Positions 36,951-50,100 of a stretch of DNA of 64,000 nucleotides are shown here, piece after piece. A model generated the notes under the pieces. It was not told the origin of the DNA, did no database searches, and saw nothing but the letters and a program-made list of their open reading frames with translations. Source of the DNA: Felis catus (lineage: Eukaryota). The position numbers and the translations under genes are program-made. Within the stretch, counting starts at the first letter, position 1, and each line of letters opens with the position of its first letter. The DNA is taken from positions 236,842,001 through 236,906,000 of the forward strand of contig NC_058368.1 of assembly GCF_018350175.1 (NCBI RefSeq), given 5' to 3'.

Positions 36951-39900
36951 AACGTGAACGTGAACGTGAGAGAGACCGAGAGACAGAGAGACAGAGGGAG
37001 ACAGAGACATGAGCCTCTTAGCTCTAATTGTGTGCATCCTTCTGTCCACCTAAATCTGTTTTTTCTATTTGATGCAGCAGTATGATGCATCAGGGAGAAA
37101 ACACAGCTGGGGTGAGGTGACCCAGGCTGTGATTCCTCCCACCTGAGGCTTTGACCTTTAGCCACGAGACATCCTTAGGAATAAATTGACCCATGTCTAT
37201 ACGGGACTTTTCTGGAACGCTGTTCCAAATAGGACCTGCTTCCGTGATTTCTGAAGGAGCCACGCACAGAGACGTAAGTCAAGGTCACAGACATTTTCTG
37301 CCAACAATGTGACTCGCTCCACAATTCCTTCCTTCAGATCCCCCCAGAGTATACTATGACGAGGTTCACGTTTGCTTTAGCAGAGACACAGGAAGTGTCT
37401 GCAAAGCGGGGAAGACCTCCTCTCTCTCGGGGGACCCCTTCCTACATCTGTGGGTGCGGGGGCCTCCAGGTGGGCGTGGAAATGAAGGCTTTCCTGCCAG
37501 CTGCCCTGACAGCCTGGCACTCTCGGATCTGACCTGCCCCTGTACGTGCCTTTGGTAAGTTGCCTGAGTGCATCTTCTTCTTGTAACTCGCCCCAACCCC
37601 TGCCCTGACGGCTAGGGAGTGATCCCTCTCATCCCAGCCTCCTCTCGGCCCCCACCGGCCCTCGGAGCGGGCCTGCCCTGTGCTGGAGGCTGAACTTGGC
37701 CCATCACACACCCCATTTCCTTTCCCTGGGAGGGAGGATGACTCCACGGGGCTCTGTCCCCTCTGAGTACAGGTACCTCGTGAAGGATTTGCTATTCCTA
37801 GCCCAGCACAGCGCCCAGCACTTGGGGTGGTTCGGCTCCGTAGCCAGGGTTCTACCACGGCAGTCCTGGTGACTCAGGCAGAGGCACACGGAAGACGGGG
37901 CCGTCGCCTGCCTGGTCTCTGTCGGGCCGTCCTCCCCGCAGACCTCACGAGCTGGGCTCCCAGCGGCGCGGGCACGACCAAATTATGACCCGGCACTTCC
38001 GTATCCAAACCCTCCACGTTTATGTGCTTGTAAGCACCCCTGATTCCCAGTACTGCTCTGCGTATTATTTTCATTAACTACGAAATGGTTATATAAACTC
38101 ATTCACACCGACAATTTATAGACTCCAAAGATGCAGCAATGCTTCAGGGATGTCAGAAAAAGGTTATTTACAAGTCACACCCCACTATAATTTGTAGAGA
38201 TTTACCCCCTGGGCTACTGGAGGAGCGTTTCTAGATTCATCGTTTGCATATTTATTGGCATTTATCAGAAGATGCGAGGCTCCCACATCTTCCCTGCCCC
38301 CGGCCCCGCCTGCCCTCCCCGGGCTCTCCCTGAGCCCCCACTGTGCGCCAGGCACCCGACGAGGCCCCAGTGCAGGGCCGAGGGACCCCGAGCCTGCCTT
38401 CCAGGCCACTGCATTTTGGAGGAAGAAGCGGACAGGGAAGAGAACTCTGGGGTTACCTGTGTAAGTGCTGGGGCCCGTGTCCCTGGTTTCCTTCACCCGT
38501 GTGAGTGCATCTTCCTCCTCAACCCTCACACTCCACCCCGAGAAGACCAAAGACGGTAAGGGAGCCTCCTTTGAGGGTGGACGCAGCCGTGGACGCAGCA
38601 GGATCCTGACTAGGCCGGACTTCGCGCGTGCCCAAAGCGTCTGCTGGCGGATGGCTCCCTGGGGGCCCACCGCCCACGCCAGGCAACAGAAGGCCCAGCA
38701 GTGGCTGTCTTTACCTCACCTGTCTGTGCCCCTAGTCCCGGGCTGGGTCTCCCTCCTAAGAAGTGCAGGTTTCTCTGGGAGCCTGACGGCGCTTGGGGTC
38801 GTCTCCGGTGGTCAGCTTGGGGTCGTCTCCGGTAGGGCTCCTCTGAGGCTCCGGTGGGGTCCACAGGGCTTGAGTAGGACACACTTGCTCAAGGCCACAA
38901 GCCCCTCAGCCCCATTTCTGAGTGGAGTGCGGAGGCTTCCTGGCATGGGAGGGGCCGTCATCCATCACAGGTGAGGACACGTCTGTCACACTGCTGGGCC
39001 CTGTGCCCTCCTGCAGATCGAGCTCCGTGGCTGGTGCTGAGCCCCCGTGGCCTCTCATCCCCAGTGTCAGGGGGAGGTGCCCAGTAGGGCCCCTCTGAGG
39101 CTCTTCAAGACTCTGTCCTCGGAGCCTGTGTCACATGGCCACGTCAGCCACTTAGCGGAGGAATTCTACCCAGGGGAGAGAGCAGCCGCGCCCAAAGTCG
39201 CATGGCCTGGGTAAAAGTCGGGAGGAAGGAGCGCGGCCCGGAGAGCTGATGCCTGCTGGTGCAGCGTGGGGCCGGGGCCGGGTCCATGGGGTCAGCGCAG
39301 GGTGTGGGGGCGGGGCACGCCCACGGGGGGGGGGGGCCGTCCTGTTGCATCAGGCGGTTAGGACTTCGCGTGGGATATGAGGAGTGTATGTGCACGTGCT
39401 GGAGTCCATGCAGTGGGCCGGGCAAGGCGTTCCTCCCCTACGGCCTCGCAAGCCCGTAACGGGCCTAGGCGATGACACAGGGGTGGTGTCATCGGCCAGA
39501 TGCCTGTGCCATGGTCCCTCCGTTTCCTCAAATGCCCCACTGAGTGGTGCTCGGGCTTCTCCAGGATCTGATTTCCTGAGCCACGATTCGCGTGACCCAT
39601 CACTCAGTGCCGCCCCACCAGGAATCGCCAAAGGTTTTGACGTCTCAGAGAGACAGATGGATGTTCTCTGCTCTCCTGAAGGACAGGGGTCACGTCGTAC
39701 GGGGGGAGAAAGCCCACGGGGATGCACATCAGCAAGCAAGCGCTGACTGAGACCTAGGCTCAGCCTCCACTTTCATCCGAGAGGCTGGTCAAGTCACTGG
39801 AACTGTCTGAGCCCGTTCTCCTCACTGGGGTGGGAGGAGGCTTGGGTTCAACTACCATGAAGGCGCCTCCCAGACCCTGTGGAACAGGGACGTTAGCAAT

Positions 39901-40159
39901 GCCCCGAGCGGTGCGCCCTTGGCGGCTGTCTGGGCACCCGGCACGTTCGCTGCCACGAGGTCCTCGGGAAGCGTGAGGGGAGGGGCTCATGTGACAAGGG
40001 GGGGGGCTGCTGCTGGTGCGGCAGGCATTCCAGGCTGCGATCCTGACATGGAAACTTCTGGAAACAAAGGAGGAAGACCAGGAGAGCTCGGGACAAGGGG
40101 GAATTTCTTTGCACATCAATCACATCACAATACTAAACACACTCAAGTACAATAAGAGA

Positions 40160-40369
40160 TTTAAAAAAATTTAACGTTTATTTATTTTAGACAAAGACAG
40201 AGTGATAGCAGGGGAGGGGCAGAGAGAGAGGGAGACACAGAATCCCAAGCAGGCTCCGGAGCTCTGAGCTGTTGGCACAGAGCCTGATGCGGGGCTCGAA
40301 CCCACGGACCATGAGATCATGCCCTGAGCCGAAGTCGGATGCTCAACCGACTGAGCCACCCAGGTGCCC
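40160..40369 (-). mobile_element. Can-SINE (SINEC_Fc-like)
   Basis: Ends ctcaaccgactgagccacccaggtgccc; T tail at left. Confidence 0.95.
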
Positions 40370-40635
40370 ATATATATACATAAGTGTATATATACATATG
40401 TGTATATACATATGTATGTATATGTATGTAGTATATATGTAATATATGTATGTAATATACATGTAATATATATGTGTAATAAAATATACGGGTACCTATA
40501 TATATATAAAATATATAATATATATGTAATACATATAATATATAATATATGTAATACATATAATATATAATATATATGTAATATATATTAATATATAATA
40601 TATATAACATATATGTTATATATTATATATGTATC

Positions 40636-40687
<52 letters not shown>

Positions 40688-40688
40688 T
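40370..40688. repeat. Degenerate (TA)n / (TATG)n microsatellite, ~320 bp
   Basis: Read directly; almost pure A/T alternation. Confidence 0.97.
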
Positions 40689-40898
40689 GGGCACCTGGGT
40701 GGCTCAGTCAGTTAGGCATCCAGCTTCGGCTCAGGTCATGATCTCACGGTTCGCGGGTTGGAGCCCCACATCAGGCTCTGTGCTGACGGCTCGGAGCCTG
40801 GAGCCTGCTTCGGATTCTGTGTCTCCCTCTCTCTCTGCCCCTTCCCCATTTGCGCTCTGTCTCTCTCTCAAAAATAAACATTAAAAACAATTTACAAA
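40689..40898 (+). mobile_element. Can-SINE (SINEC_Fc-like)
   Basis: gggcacctgggtggctcagtcag head, CT tract and aaaataaacattaaaaa tail. Confidence 0.95.
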
Positions 40899-40917
40899 AT
40901 ATATTTTTAAGAGCTTT

Positions 40918-41139
40918 CTTCTTTTTAAAAACTGTTTATTCTTTTGAGAGAGAGAGGGCACACTCATGTGCATGTGTGTGAGCTGGGGAGGGGCAGAAAG
41001 AGCACAAGAGACCCCCAAGTAGGCTCAGTGCTGTCAGCACGGAGGCCTATGGGAGGCTCAAACTCGCAAACCGCGAGATCATGATCTGAGCTGAAACCAA
41101 GAGTTGGACGCTTAATAGACAGAGCCATCCAGACGCCCC
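40918..41139 (-). mobile_element. Can-SINE (older subfamily)
   Basis: gagatcatgatctgagctgaaaccaagagttggacgcttaa...ccatccagacgcccc. Confidence 0.9.
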
Positions 41140-43364
41140 TAATGTTAAAATATGTTAATTGTGTATCTGACTGGGGTCTCTGTTTTTGTAGAAAGAGCAG
41201 GTGTTTGGGTTTTGTGAAGGAAGGATGAGCCCGTGTTGGGGGAAAGCATGTTCTGATTTGAGAACCTCCTTGTCCTAGATAACATTTTGTTTGGAGAGCG
41301 TTATTAAATCACTAACGATCAAATCATGAATTTTAATTTTTTAACGTTTTTCCTGCCACATTAAAAATGAATGTCTCGCCAAGTGGCCAACCCCAGGCGC
41401 AAGCAATGGCATAAATATCCATGTACGTGGAAGATGCTTCCACGGATCTTCAAACCAGAACCAACGGCTGAGTGAATTTTGCTCCTACTTTCCGGGAAAA
41501 TCTACCCCTTGGCCAACATGGGCTTTTTGACCTCTCAAGGCTAGTTCTAAAGGCATGAACATCTGAAGCCCAAATCCTTCACCAACAGCATGTGAGTTCC
41601 CAGAGCCACACACACAGGCCGCCCTTGGCACAAAGACTCCTGCCGTTCTGACCCCGAGACGCTCACGACCTTGAAGCTCTAGGGCTCCCTACTTGCCAAG
41701 CGCCGGGGACCGCAGGCGAGGAGCCCGGGACTGTGTTCGTCCTTGCTTCAAATCTGCTTCACGTGCTGGAGACGGGCCGGTCTCGGGCGTCGGCTCAGAG
41801 ACGGGCAGCACCGGCCTCCCTTTCTGAACCCCGCGAGCCAGGCTGAGCGTGTGAGCAGAGGCCTTCGTCTGCCAGGCAGCCCGCAGAGCACTTGCTTCTT
41901 ACAGCACTTGGAAATATTTCTCTCTTGGGTCTAGATGAGAATCAGATAAGCAGATATTTAGAAGCCTGAATAGTGAGAGGCCGGGTCAGGCAAGGGTTGC
42001 CTCCAGTTTGGAGGTCTCATGGACATTAGGCCTCTCGTGGGGTCCACACCTCTTTCTGCAACCCTGATCTGCTTGAGGGCCACATGTAGATGCTTTTGTG
42101 AATTGTGGGTGGCGGGGGAGGATGTTGCACCATAAACTGAGACTTTGTGAAATCTCTGTGTATGGATTAGAAGAGATAGATGCATGTATATGTTTCTTGC
42201 ATGTTTTTAAAAAATCTCACTATGTTCTCTACCTTATCTTTATGGGTACAGTATGTTGCCAGATGCATTCTCTATGCGAGTAGGTTTTTGTGGAAAGATC
42301 CGATTCACAGAGGTCACGGCAACGTTCCCTGTTCTGTGACTTCTAGTGCAGAACTGGCTGGCCTGGGCCTCCTTGCAGAGGGCAATACTGGGTGCTCGGG
42401 CCTGGGAGTGTCTGTTTTCTCAGTGTCCCATTAATATAGGATGGTGGCAGTGACTTCAGATGTCCCCATCCAGATTCCTTCTCAGCCCAAGACGATCTCC
42501 AGCACATCTGAGAAGCCACCAGAGACGGCAGCGGTCAGGTCACTCAGAAGTTCCTGATGCTCACGGAGGCATGGTCACGTGTCTCCCCAAGTAGATCTGT
42601 TCCCCAGACGGGCACGCTGGGCTATAGGTGCCAAGTCCCCAACCAGGAACGGAGCTCTGTCATCACACCGTCTCGCAGAACATAAAGCCTCAGGAATGAG
42701 GGCTCAATTTCATTTAATCGCTACAGTGTTGGGAAACCTGTGTTTTGAAAAACTTTGCCACTGTTTTCTTTTTGATGGAACTTCCTTTAGTTAATTTTTG
42801 TCACATGCAGAATTCGACTCAGATGGGCTACACCCAAGCCAGTTCAGTTTTCTTTGGAACTGAGCTCAGGCACACTGTGTTAGACACTTGGATCTGGCTG
42901 GAGATAAGGCAGAACTGCCGGGGGGAGGCGGGGGGGCAGGCAGGCTGTTACTGATTTCAGGCTCTGGAATAGCCAGCTTTAAACAATGGTGACAAGGATG
43001 GCGAGCAAAGACACGAAACGATTTTCACGGAAAGTTGTCAAGTCTACTTTGATGATTAGAAGGGGGTTATCCAATCCCCTGCTTCCCACCAGGGTTATGA
43101 AGTGGTTTTTTTAGCATCATTCAGGGGAAACTGATCAGAGTTTTGTCTTACAGGTGATGGAAGTAAACGGAAGTCTCTCTAAGTCATCCATATTGGGACA
43201 AACAGTTTCCAGTGCGATGTAAGTTTGCTGTAGGACAGATAGACTTCTAGTCCTGATTCAAAAGGGATATTATATCTGTTCCCATAAAAACCAGCAACAG
43301 AAGCCTGAGAGAGAAGGACTTGGATGTACACATTCTCCTTGGGTGCTGCGGGCCCCATATTTGT

Positions 43365-43460
43365 GATCGGGAAACAGAGCTCCTCTCTCTGGCCCTCGGT
43401 CTCTTCATTTGTAAAACGAAGACTCTGGAGCAGGTGATCTCAGATCCATCCAGCTCCTGA
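43365..43460 (+). mobile_element. MIR3-like fragment
   Basis: ctctctctggccctcggtctcttcatttgtaaaacgaag...ggagcaggtgatctcagatccatccagctc resembles the MIR core with an MIR3 tail. Confidence 0.6.
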
Positions 43461-43840
43461 AGGCCTGAGACAGAAATCAGTTCCGGAGTGAATTGTTGAC
43501 CACTGTCCTCAAGCAGATTCTTTCGTGGAGTTGGGGGACCAGCAAGCACATCACAAAAGTAGGTCACTGAGTGGCCACACGGATAAGGCTGGGTGCCCAC
43601 TCGCTCTGGGGAAGGATGTGGGGGCCCCCGTTTGACCCACCGTGCTTGGAGGACATGTAGCACTTTCCATGCAGGAAGGTGCCTGAGAGGGACCCCAAGC
43701 CAGAGCACAACGGTAGCCCGGGCGGTCCCAGGCGGGAAGGGACAAGCAGAGGCTGAGTGATGGGTCATGCGGGTAGGGGTCTCATGGGCACCGCAGCCCT
43801 GGAGGTCCTTCCTTTCAAGACCAAGAGTGCTTGGATTTTA

Positions 43841-44066
43841 TTTATTTAAAAAAAATTTGTTTTTAATGTTTATTTTATTTTTGAGACAGGGAGACAGAGC
43901 ATGACTGGGGGAGGGGCAGAAAGAGAGGGAGACGTGGAATCGGAAGCAGGCTCTGGGCTCTGAGCTGTCAGCACAGAGCCCGACGCGGGGCTCAAACTTG
44001 TGACCCATGAGATCATGACCTGAGCCGAAGCCGGACGCTCAACCGACTGAGCCACCCAGGCGCCCC
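43841..44066 (-). mobile_element. Can-SINE (SINEC_Fc-like)
   Basis: Full body; 18-bp TSD aagagtgcttgg(a/g)tttta at 43823-43840 and 44067-44084. Confidence 0.97.
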
Positions 44067-44086
44067 AAGAGTGCTTGGGTTTTAGA

Positions 44087-44275
44087 GTCTCCCTCCAGCA
44101 CCGTCAGCATGTTGGGTTTTAATCCTTTGTGTGAAGGTGGTCCCGTGCACCTCAGCACCCTTGTGGTGTCCCTGGATCCCACCCACCGGGTGACAGTAGC
44201 CCCTCAGTTGTGACAATCGCGATGTCCCCAGACATTTGTCTGGGACGCTCAAATCGCCTCGGTCAAGAACTGCCG
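44087..44275. mobile_element. MER20 (hAT-Charlie) fragment
   Basis: cagtagcccctcagttgtgacaatcgcgatgtccccagacatt...aaatcgcctcggtcaagaac matches the MER20 signature. Confidence 0.8.
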
Positions 44276-46499
44276 TGCAGACCCCATGACTTAAAAAAAC
44301 CCAAAATCCAAAACAAAAAACTGAGCCCACCCGTGTAGAGGTATTTAAAAACGATCCAAGCAAATTTCTGCCAATATGATAAGACAAGAAAGTTTAATTG
44401 CTCTGTGTTCTCATTTCTAACTTTTATCCTCCATAGATCATCTTACTCACATCCTCCACATTGGAGACGATGTGACAAACTGTTGGGGGTTTTTCCACAG
44501 AAAGATCAGGATGGGAAAAAAAAAAAAAAAAAACAACCAAGGGGAGAAAATGCCAAGGAAGAGGCACCTCGGATGAAAGGTTGATACTGTTTGCAGGACA
44601 AAGTTAAAACGTATAAAAGGACAACCGGACGTGGCCTGTGTATGTACTTCCTCCCCTGGAAGGGCCGGGAAGCACGTCCAGAGCCACGGCGGGCAGAGGG
44701 GCCCGGTGGCAGGTGGCTGGCCGCGGAGGGGAGCACATGACGAGGGCGTGGCCTCTAGTCCGGGCACTCTGACCACCGGGGTCGGGAGAGGACCCGCCCT
44801 GAGGTTAAGTTTCAGGGCGACGCGATTAATAAGCGACAGCAAAGGAACGAGTGCACAGCAAACCCCACTCCGCGGGCCCTCGCCTTCCCTGCTGCTCCAT
44901 CGGTACTCCCGACCCTCCAGCCTTTTCCAGCATCGTTTTTCAGACGAATGTTTTCGTGGTCTGCTCTTTCTTCCACTCTTGGGGACTTACTTGGCTCAAG
45001 GCCTGTCGCCGACTTTCCCTCTCGGGAGTTCGGGATGATTTCTCGCCATCAAATCTCGTTAGATCTCAACTCCCTCCTGACGGCGAGGGGGCCCCACCTG
45101 TGGCCTGAAGGGCAGGGCAGGTGATCCTGGAGGAGGGGGCAGGGCTGTGCCTCCTGCGTCTCAGCCAGGGGTCCTCCTGGGAGTCCTACCAAGTGCCCAC
45201 CAGGCAGGGAACACAAGGTCCCGCATGCAGGCTGAGGGTCTGGCCTCACTTCCCTCAAATCGTTCCCTCCCCAAATGAAAGCATCAGCACTAACCGTACC
45301 CTCCGTGGTCCACACAGCAGGACATCGTCTACATGCGCACAGCTAACTACCAAGTGTTAGGAGCAGCTATGTGGAGATGACCCAGCGCACCCCTCGCGTT
45401 ACCCTGGCGATTCCTTCTTTCAACAAACACGTGTTTGTCACCTCCCGGGCGCCAGGCTCAGGATTGGGAACTCCAAGAAGGAAGCCGTGGGACACAGGGG
45501 TCGTGCTGCTCTGCCCCAAGGGACTAACCCACATCGCCCAACTCCTCCGACCCCCAGCCCACCGTCCTCGTGCCTCACCCTTGTCCCCACGGGTGTCGGT
45601 GACAGGAGAGTTCCCACGTACAAAGTGTGCACCCTACCTTCCCAGCGGCATCCCTGTGAACAGACGTGTGGATTCCCAGACACAGCAGCCGGACAGGTGG
45701 GCAGACACAGGCAGGGGCAAACAGCAGGGGCAGACAGAGGTTCACCAAGGAGCTGGTCTCCTTCAGTGTGGCTCTGGGGCTCTGGGTGGACCCCTCCCAT
45801 ATTTGCTCTCCCTAGGACCCCTTGCCATTTAGATTTGTTCCCAGGAAACCAAAAGTGTTTGGGAAAAGACATCAAATAAATGGAGTCTTAATTAAATGCC
45901 CTGCTTAGTTGGTAGCTTCTATCTCAGCCGCCATGCTGAGAAGAACAAGCCAAGGAAAACCCCAGACCCTTAGAATTTACTTTCTGGTGTCGGTGGTTGC
46001 AGGCTTCTTGAATAATCCAGGGCTGTGTAATCAAGCCAGGCACCTGGGCATCAGCCAGAGAGGCAGAGGTGGTCGGGACAGAGCGTGTCGGGTGGCTAGA
46101 GCCACTGGTGGGGACAAGAGGCACTGACCACACTCTCGGGCGAGCCACGAAAGAACAGCTTCTGTATCGTGGCAATGCGGTAAAACCGTTGAGTCTTTGC
46201 CAACCCAACGAAACAAGAGTTTGCCCCTTTGTCAGTGGACAGGACTTGAGACTTCCAAAAGAAAAGGAAGGAGGAGAAGGAGAAGAAGGAGGACGTTGGA
46301 ATTTCAGTTGGTGGCATTCCTGGAATGCCACCAGGCGGGCCGGTACCTGTCCGTGCTCAGGGAGGGTTCCCTCGGCCGCCTCCACTGGGGGCTCCTGCCC
46401 TGTGCCTCGATGCTTCTGGAAGCCGGTTTCCCTCAGCCTTCTGAAGTACAAAGCCAGCTTTCCCTTGTCCACTGGCTGCCTCAATACATTCTCTCTTTG

Positions 46500-47150
46500 T
46501 AAACTAGTTTTGCCCATTAGAGTATTTTTTTGTGAGCGAATGGCAGCCCCAGACAACTGTCTTTCTATAAAACCCAGCGAGGTTATTCAGTACAAATGGA
46601 ATGAACCTGATTTTTTTTTTTTCTGATCAAAGCAAAACTCTTTTGAAGTTTAGCTATTTGATAGAACGTGGCTTTTATAACAAGCTGATATATGAGTTAA
46701 TAGGACATAAAGATATTTTATTAAACTGCAAAGCATTATTAATATTGCAGTTCTAACTTGAAAGAAATAATGTGGACTGACACCAGAAATTAATTAGATT
46801 ATTTCATCCTTCTTTTACATTACAAACTTTGATACACTTGCATAGATATATAGGTACATTGATAAAAAGACACAAAGACAAACAGAATTTTAATGAGTGG
46901 GAGGCTTTTATCTACTAACACTTTGTGACTTAATTTTTTCTGTTTATTCTGCCTATTGATTCCAGCTGAAACCTGCTGTTTTAATGTTGTTATTGATATT
47001 CTCTCTGGGTTTTCTTCTAATTCTGGCATTGATATTACCTTGATCGGATTTAGTTTATTTGAATTGCCTGTAGGTTTTGGTCTCCAGAGTTTTTCACTGC
47101 TTATAGACATATGCAAAGATAAAACCTCTCTTTTTATCTAAAAATCCTTG
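46500..47150. promoter_or_regulatory. AT-rich unique block (candidate enhancer)
   Basis: GATCAAAG (TCF-type, 46625-46632), TTTTATAA/TTTTATTA (posterior Hox/Cdx-type), ATTAATTAG; no recognisable repeat. Confidence 0.35.
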
Positions 47151-50100
47151 AGAGACTCTGAAAGATACAGCCGTTTTCTGAGAACATTAAAAAGGAAGAG
47201 ACAACAATCAAAAGGAATGTACTTCTCACCCAGTTTACGCGAGACTTATTTTTATACTCCCTGCATTTTCTGACACCCACTGACTTCTAATCTCCCTGGT
47301 CCTGTGGGCTTTTGCAAACTGTGGATGGAGAAATGGCTTTATCACAAAGTCCTAAGTGGTTTGAGCTCTGGGTCATTGACTCCTGCTTGGAAGAGGCTAA
47401 TTTTTTACAAGAGAAAAGTTTGCATGTTTGACATGGCTGCGCATTTCTTTCCTGATGAAGGCATCGGAATACATATTCGTTCGAACCATGGGAAACTGAC
47501 GCGTTTTCAGGTCTCAAATAGGGCCAAACAAAGGCTGGGTGTTTTGGTGGTTCAACCCACTGTTAACCACCTTCCGAAATGAGATATGAGTAATTGTTCA
47601 ATCACTTAGAAATGGCGGATGGCATCTATTAATTGATTGCACCTAGAGAAAATTTGGAGGGTGGGGTGGAGTGCAGGTAGGACAACGGAACCAAACATTT
47701 CCCAGAGTTAATTATTTTTGTGCAAAATACATCATAAAACCCTGAGGAAAAAGAGTGCGGTTAACAAAGTGACTGTCCCCGTGCAGCTGGGGGGAACAGC
47801 TCCTTGGCTTTGGCAACGGTTGTCTACCTTTCTCATTGGCTTCCACGGGAGGCCTTCCCAGCTCCCTCTACTTCCGCGTCTGGTTTACTGTTTCAGAACA
47901 TTCTGGATTCTTTTGTTTCCTCCTACCTCTACCTTCGTTTCATTTTTCTAGTCTTTGCCTTAAATAATACTGAAGACAGAAACACTAATTAAAACTCTCA
48001 CAGCTGAACTCGGGCTGCCAGAGTGGGGGCATTTAATGATCCTCCTACATTTCCGATACCGTCGATCAATGAGTCCCTCTCTTCCGCAACTGTCGAGGGC
48101 TTTGAAATCCAGCGCTTTGCCTGCTTAGAATGTGCTGAGGAGAGAGAAGGAGAAGGGGGCCTGCTCTGTGAGCGTGGGAAGGAGTCTGGGTCTGGGGGTA
48201 AGGGACAAGAGGAGGAGAACGGCAGCAGACCATCCGCGTCCTCATCCGGCCTGCGCTGGGCTGTTCTCTGCGTAACCGCTGGGGGCTCAGCCAGGCTACT
48301 GTGAGTGGCTCCACTTGGTAAGCCATCCTGTGACCCAGTAGCCCTCATTCCAGAAACGGTCTCGCCTGGCAGTGCTTTAGTTATGCTCATACCTCCTTCG
48401 CGCAGTCGGGGAAGGAGTGGCTCGCGTGGATTGCATTTTCTAGACGGATCCTCCCTTTCCCTAAGTGTCAAAGCACGAACAAAAACGAGCCCATTGGATG
48501 AAATTCAGCCCACGCTCGTCAGACACACTGATACCTCCTGAAAAATAGCAAACGTAACATAATCCAGAATTTCTTTGGTGAGTCGCATGGTCGTGGGTCA
48601 CCATTGCTCTATCCTGCTATGGCCAGATCGTGCTCTCAGGACCACCGAGGCATGTAATCTCCCTAAGCCCTAGTAACGGTGGCCTGCATGGCAGTGTGTT
48701 GGAGGTTGGTCTGTGCGGTCTTCCTGTTCTCTGTCTTGCCCTGTGATCTCCAGCAACAGAACACACGCGGCCCACACCGTTGCCACGTGTCCTAGCATGG
48801 GTAACCCATACGAAATACGCCAAGATATGAAGCTCTCACATTGAACCCCATGAAATATCCAGACAAGTTAATGATCACTAAATAATTAGATAGTTACATA
48901 TTCATGCAGTTATGACCCAAATTGTGTTTTCTGTATGGTAGCCCTCATTTGCGTGATGCCTTTACTTATTTCTTCCCGTATCTCCTGAATTCAGCACCCT
49001 CATAAAATTTGTTTTGAATATGAGAGAATGTATACAGACTATTTGGGTCCCTGTTCAGGAGGCTCTAACTTGGTACCTTGGATGTGGAGTCATTATACGG
49101 TTTTCCAGAGGCACAACACGATGCTGACTCTTTCTACAAAAAGGAGACTCTTGGTATAACCACAGAACGTGGTTACTTATCTGGGGAAATTCAGAAATTT
49201 TGACGCCTGAATATGAAGTGAAACGCAGACAGTCATATGGAGGACCGGTTGGTGACGCAGAGCAGGTGGACTGAAAATGGAGGCCAGGCAGTGACAGCTC
49301 ACCCGTGTGTGTCACTTCTGTGAGCTCCACAAGGCGGCAAGCCCGTCCGCCCGGTGCCTGGCTGCGCTTCGGCTACTGGTGAGACCTTGACTGGGTTGGG
49401 TTCGCGGAGAGAGAACACAGTGCACAATGTGGGTGACTTGGGATGTTTTGAGGAACATGGTGCTGCTCTAGTCTGTAAACAGTCGACGTGGAAGGATCTG
49501 GACTCAGATGAGTCAAAGGTCCTTCCTTTTGGGTAGGCTCCCTCCTTTATGGGACCACAGCTAAACCTTGCTCTGAATACTGGTAATGCATATAACAGAC
49601 ACATGATCTTTCCAAGTAACCAGAGATCTATTCTGGAACCAAGCAGACTATCCATAGAGGCATGTGGGTTAGGTACGTGACAATTAAAACGAGATCTCTT
49701 TTACCCAGCTTCAGAGTTGGCTTCAGGGTCTTAAGGAGCCAGGCCCCGTGAGAGGGGAGCTCCTTGTCTGAAGCGTGGAGCGCTTACATGCTTCTTGACT
49801 TTTCATGCAGGTAGTGGGACAACTTTGTAGGTGATGTTTCCATTTCTGGGGAAACCGATCTCTTAATCCCTCCAGTTAAGTAGAAAATATCCCATCACCA
49901 CATAAAGTATACCTTAAAAAGATACGTGCTTCTTATAACATAACTTTTTATTATATACTAGATCTTGAAATCAATACCATGTGTCCAAAATGCAACCATA
50001 TCAACTCTACTTACTGGTTTGTGTTCTTCGTTACAAATTACTGCTTTACTATTTAATATATAAGGACTCTGACAGTGGTCTTCAAAATCAGCTTTATATA

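Noticed and set aside
40317..40610. Tyr/Ile-rich ORFs
   Set aside because: Translation of the (TA)n microsatellite.
46820..48471. Protein-like minus-strand ORFs suggesting a pseudogene
   Set aside because: No recognisable homologue, poly(A) tail or TSD, and the frames are discontinuous. A BLASTX search would be needed to revisit this.
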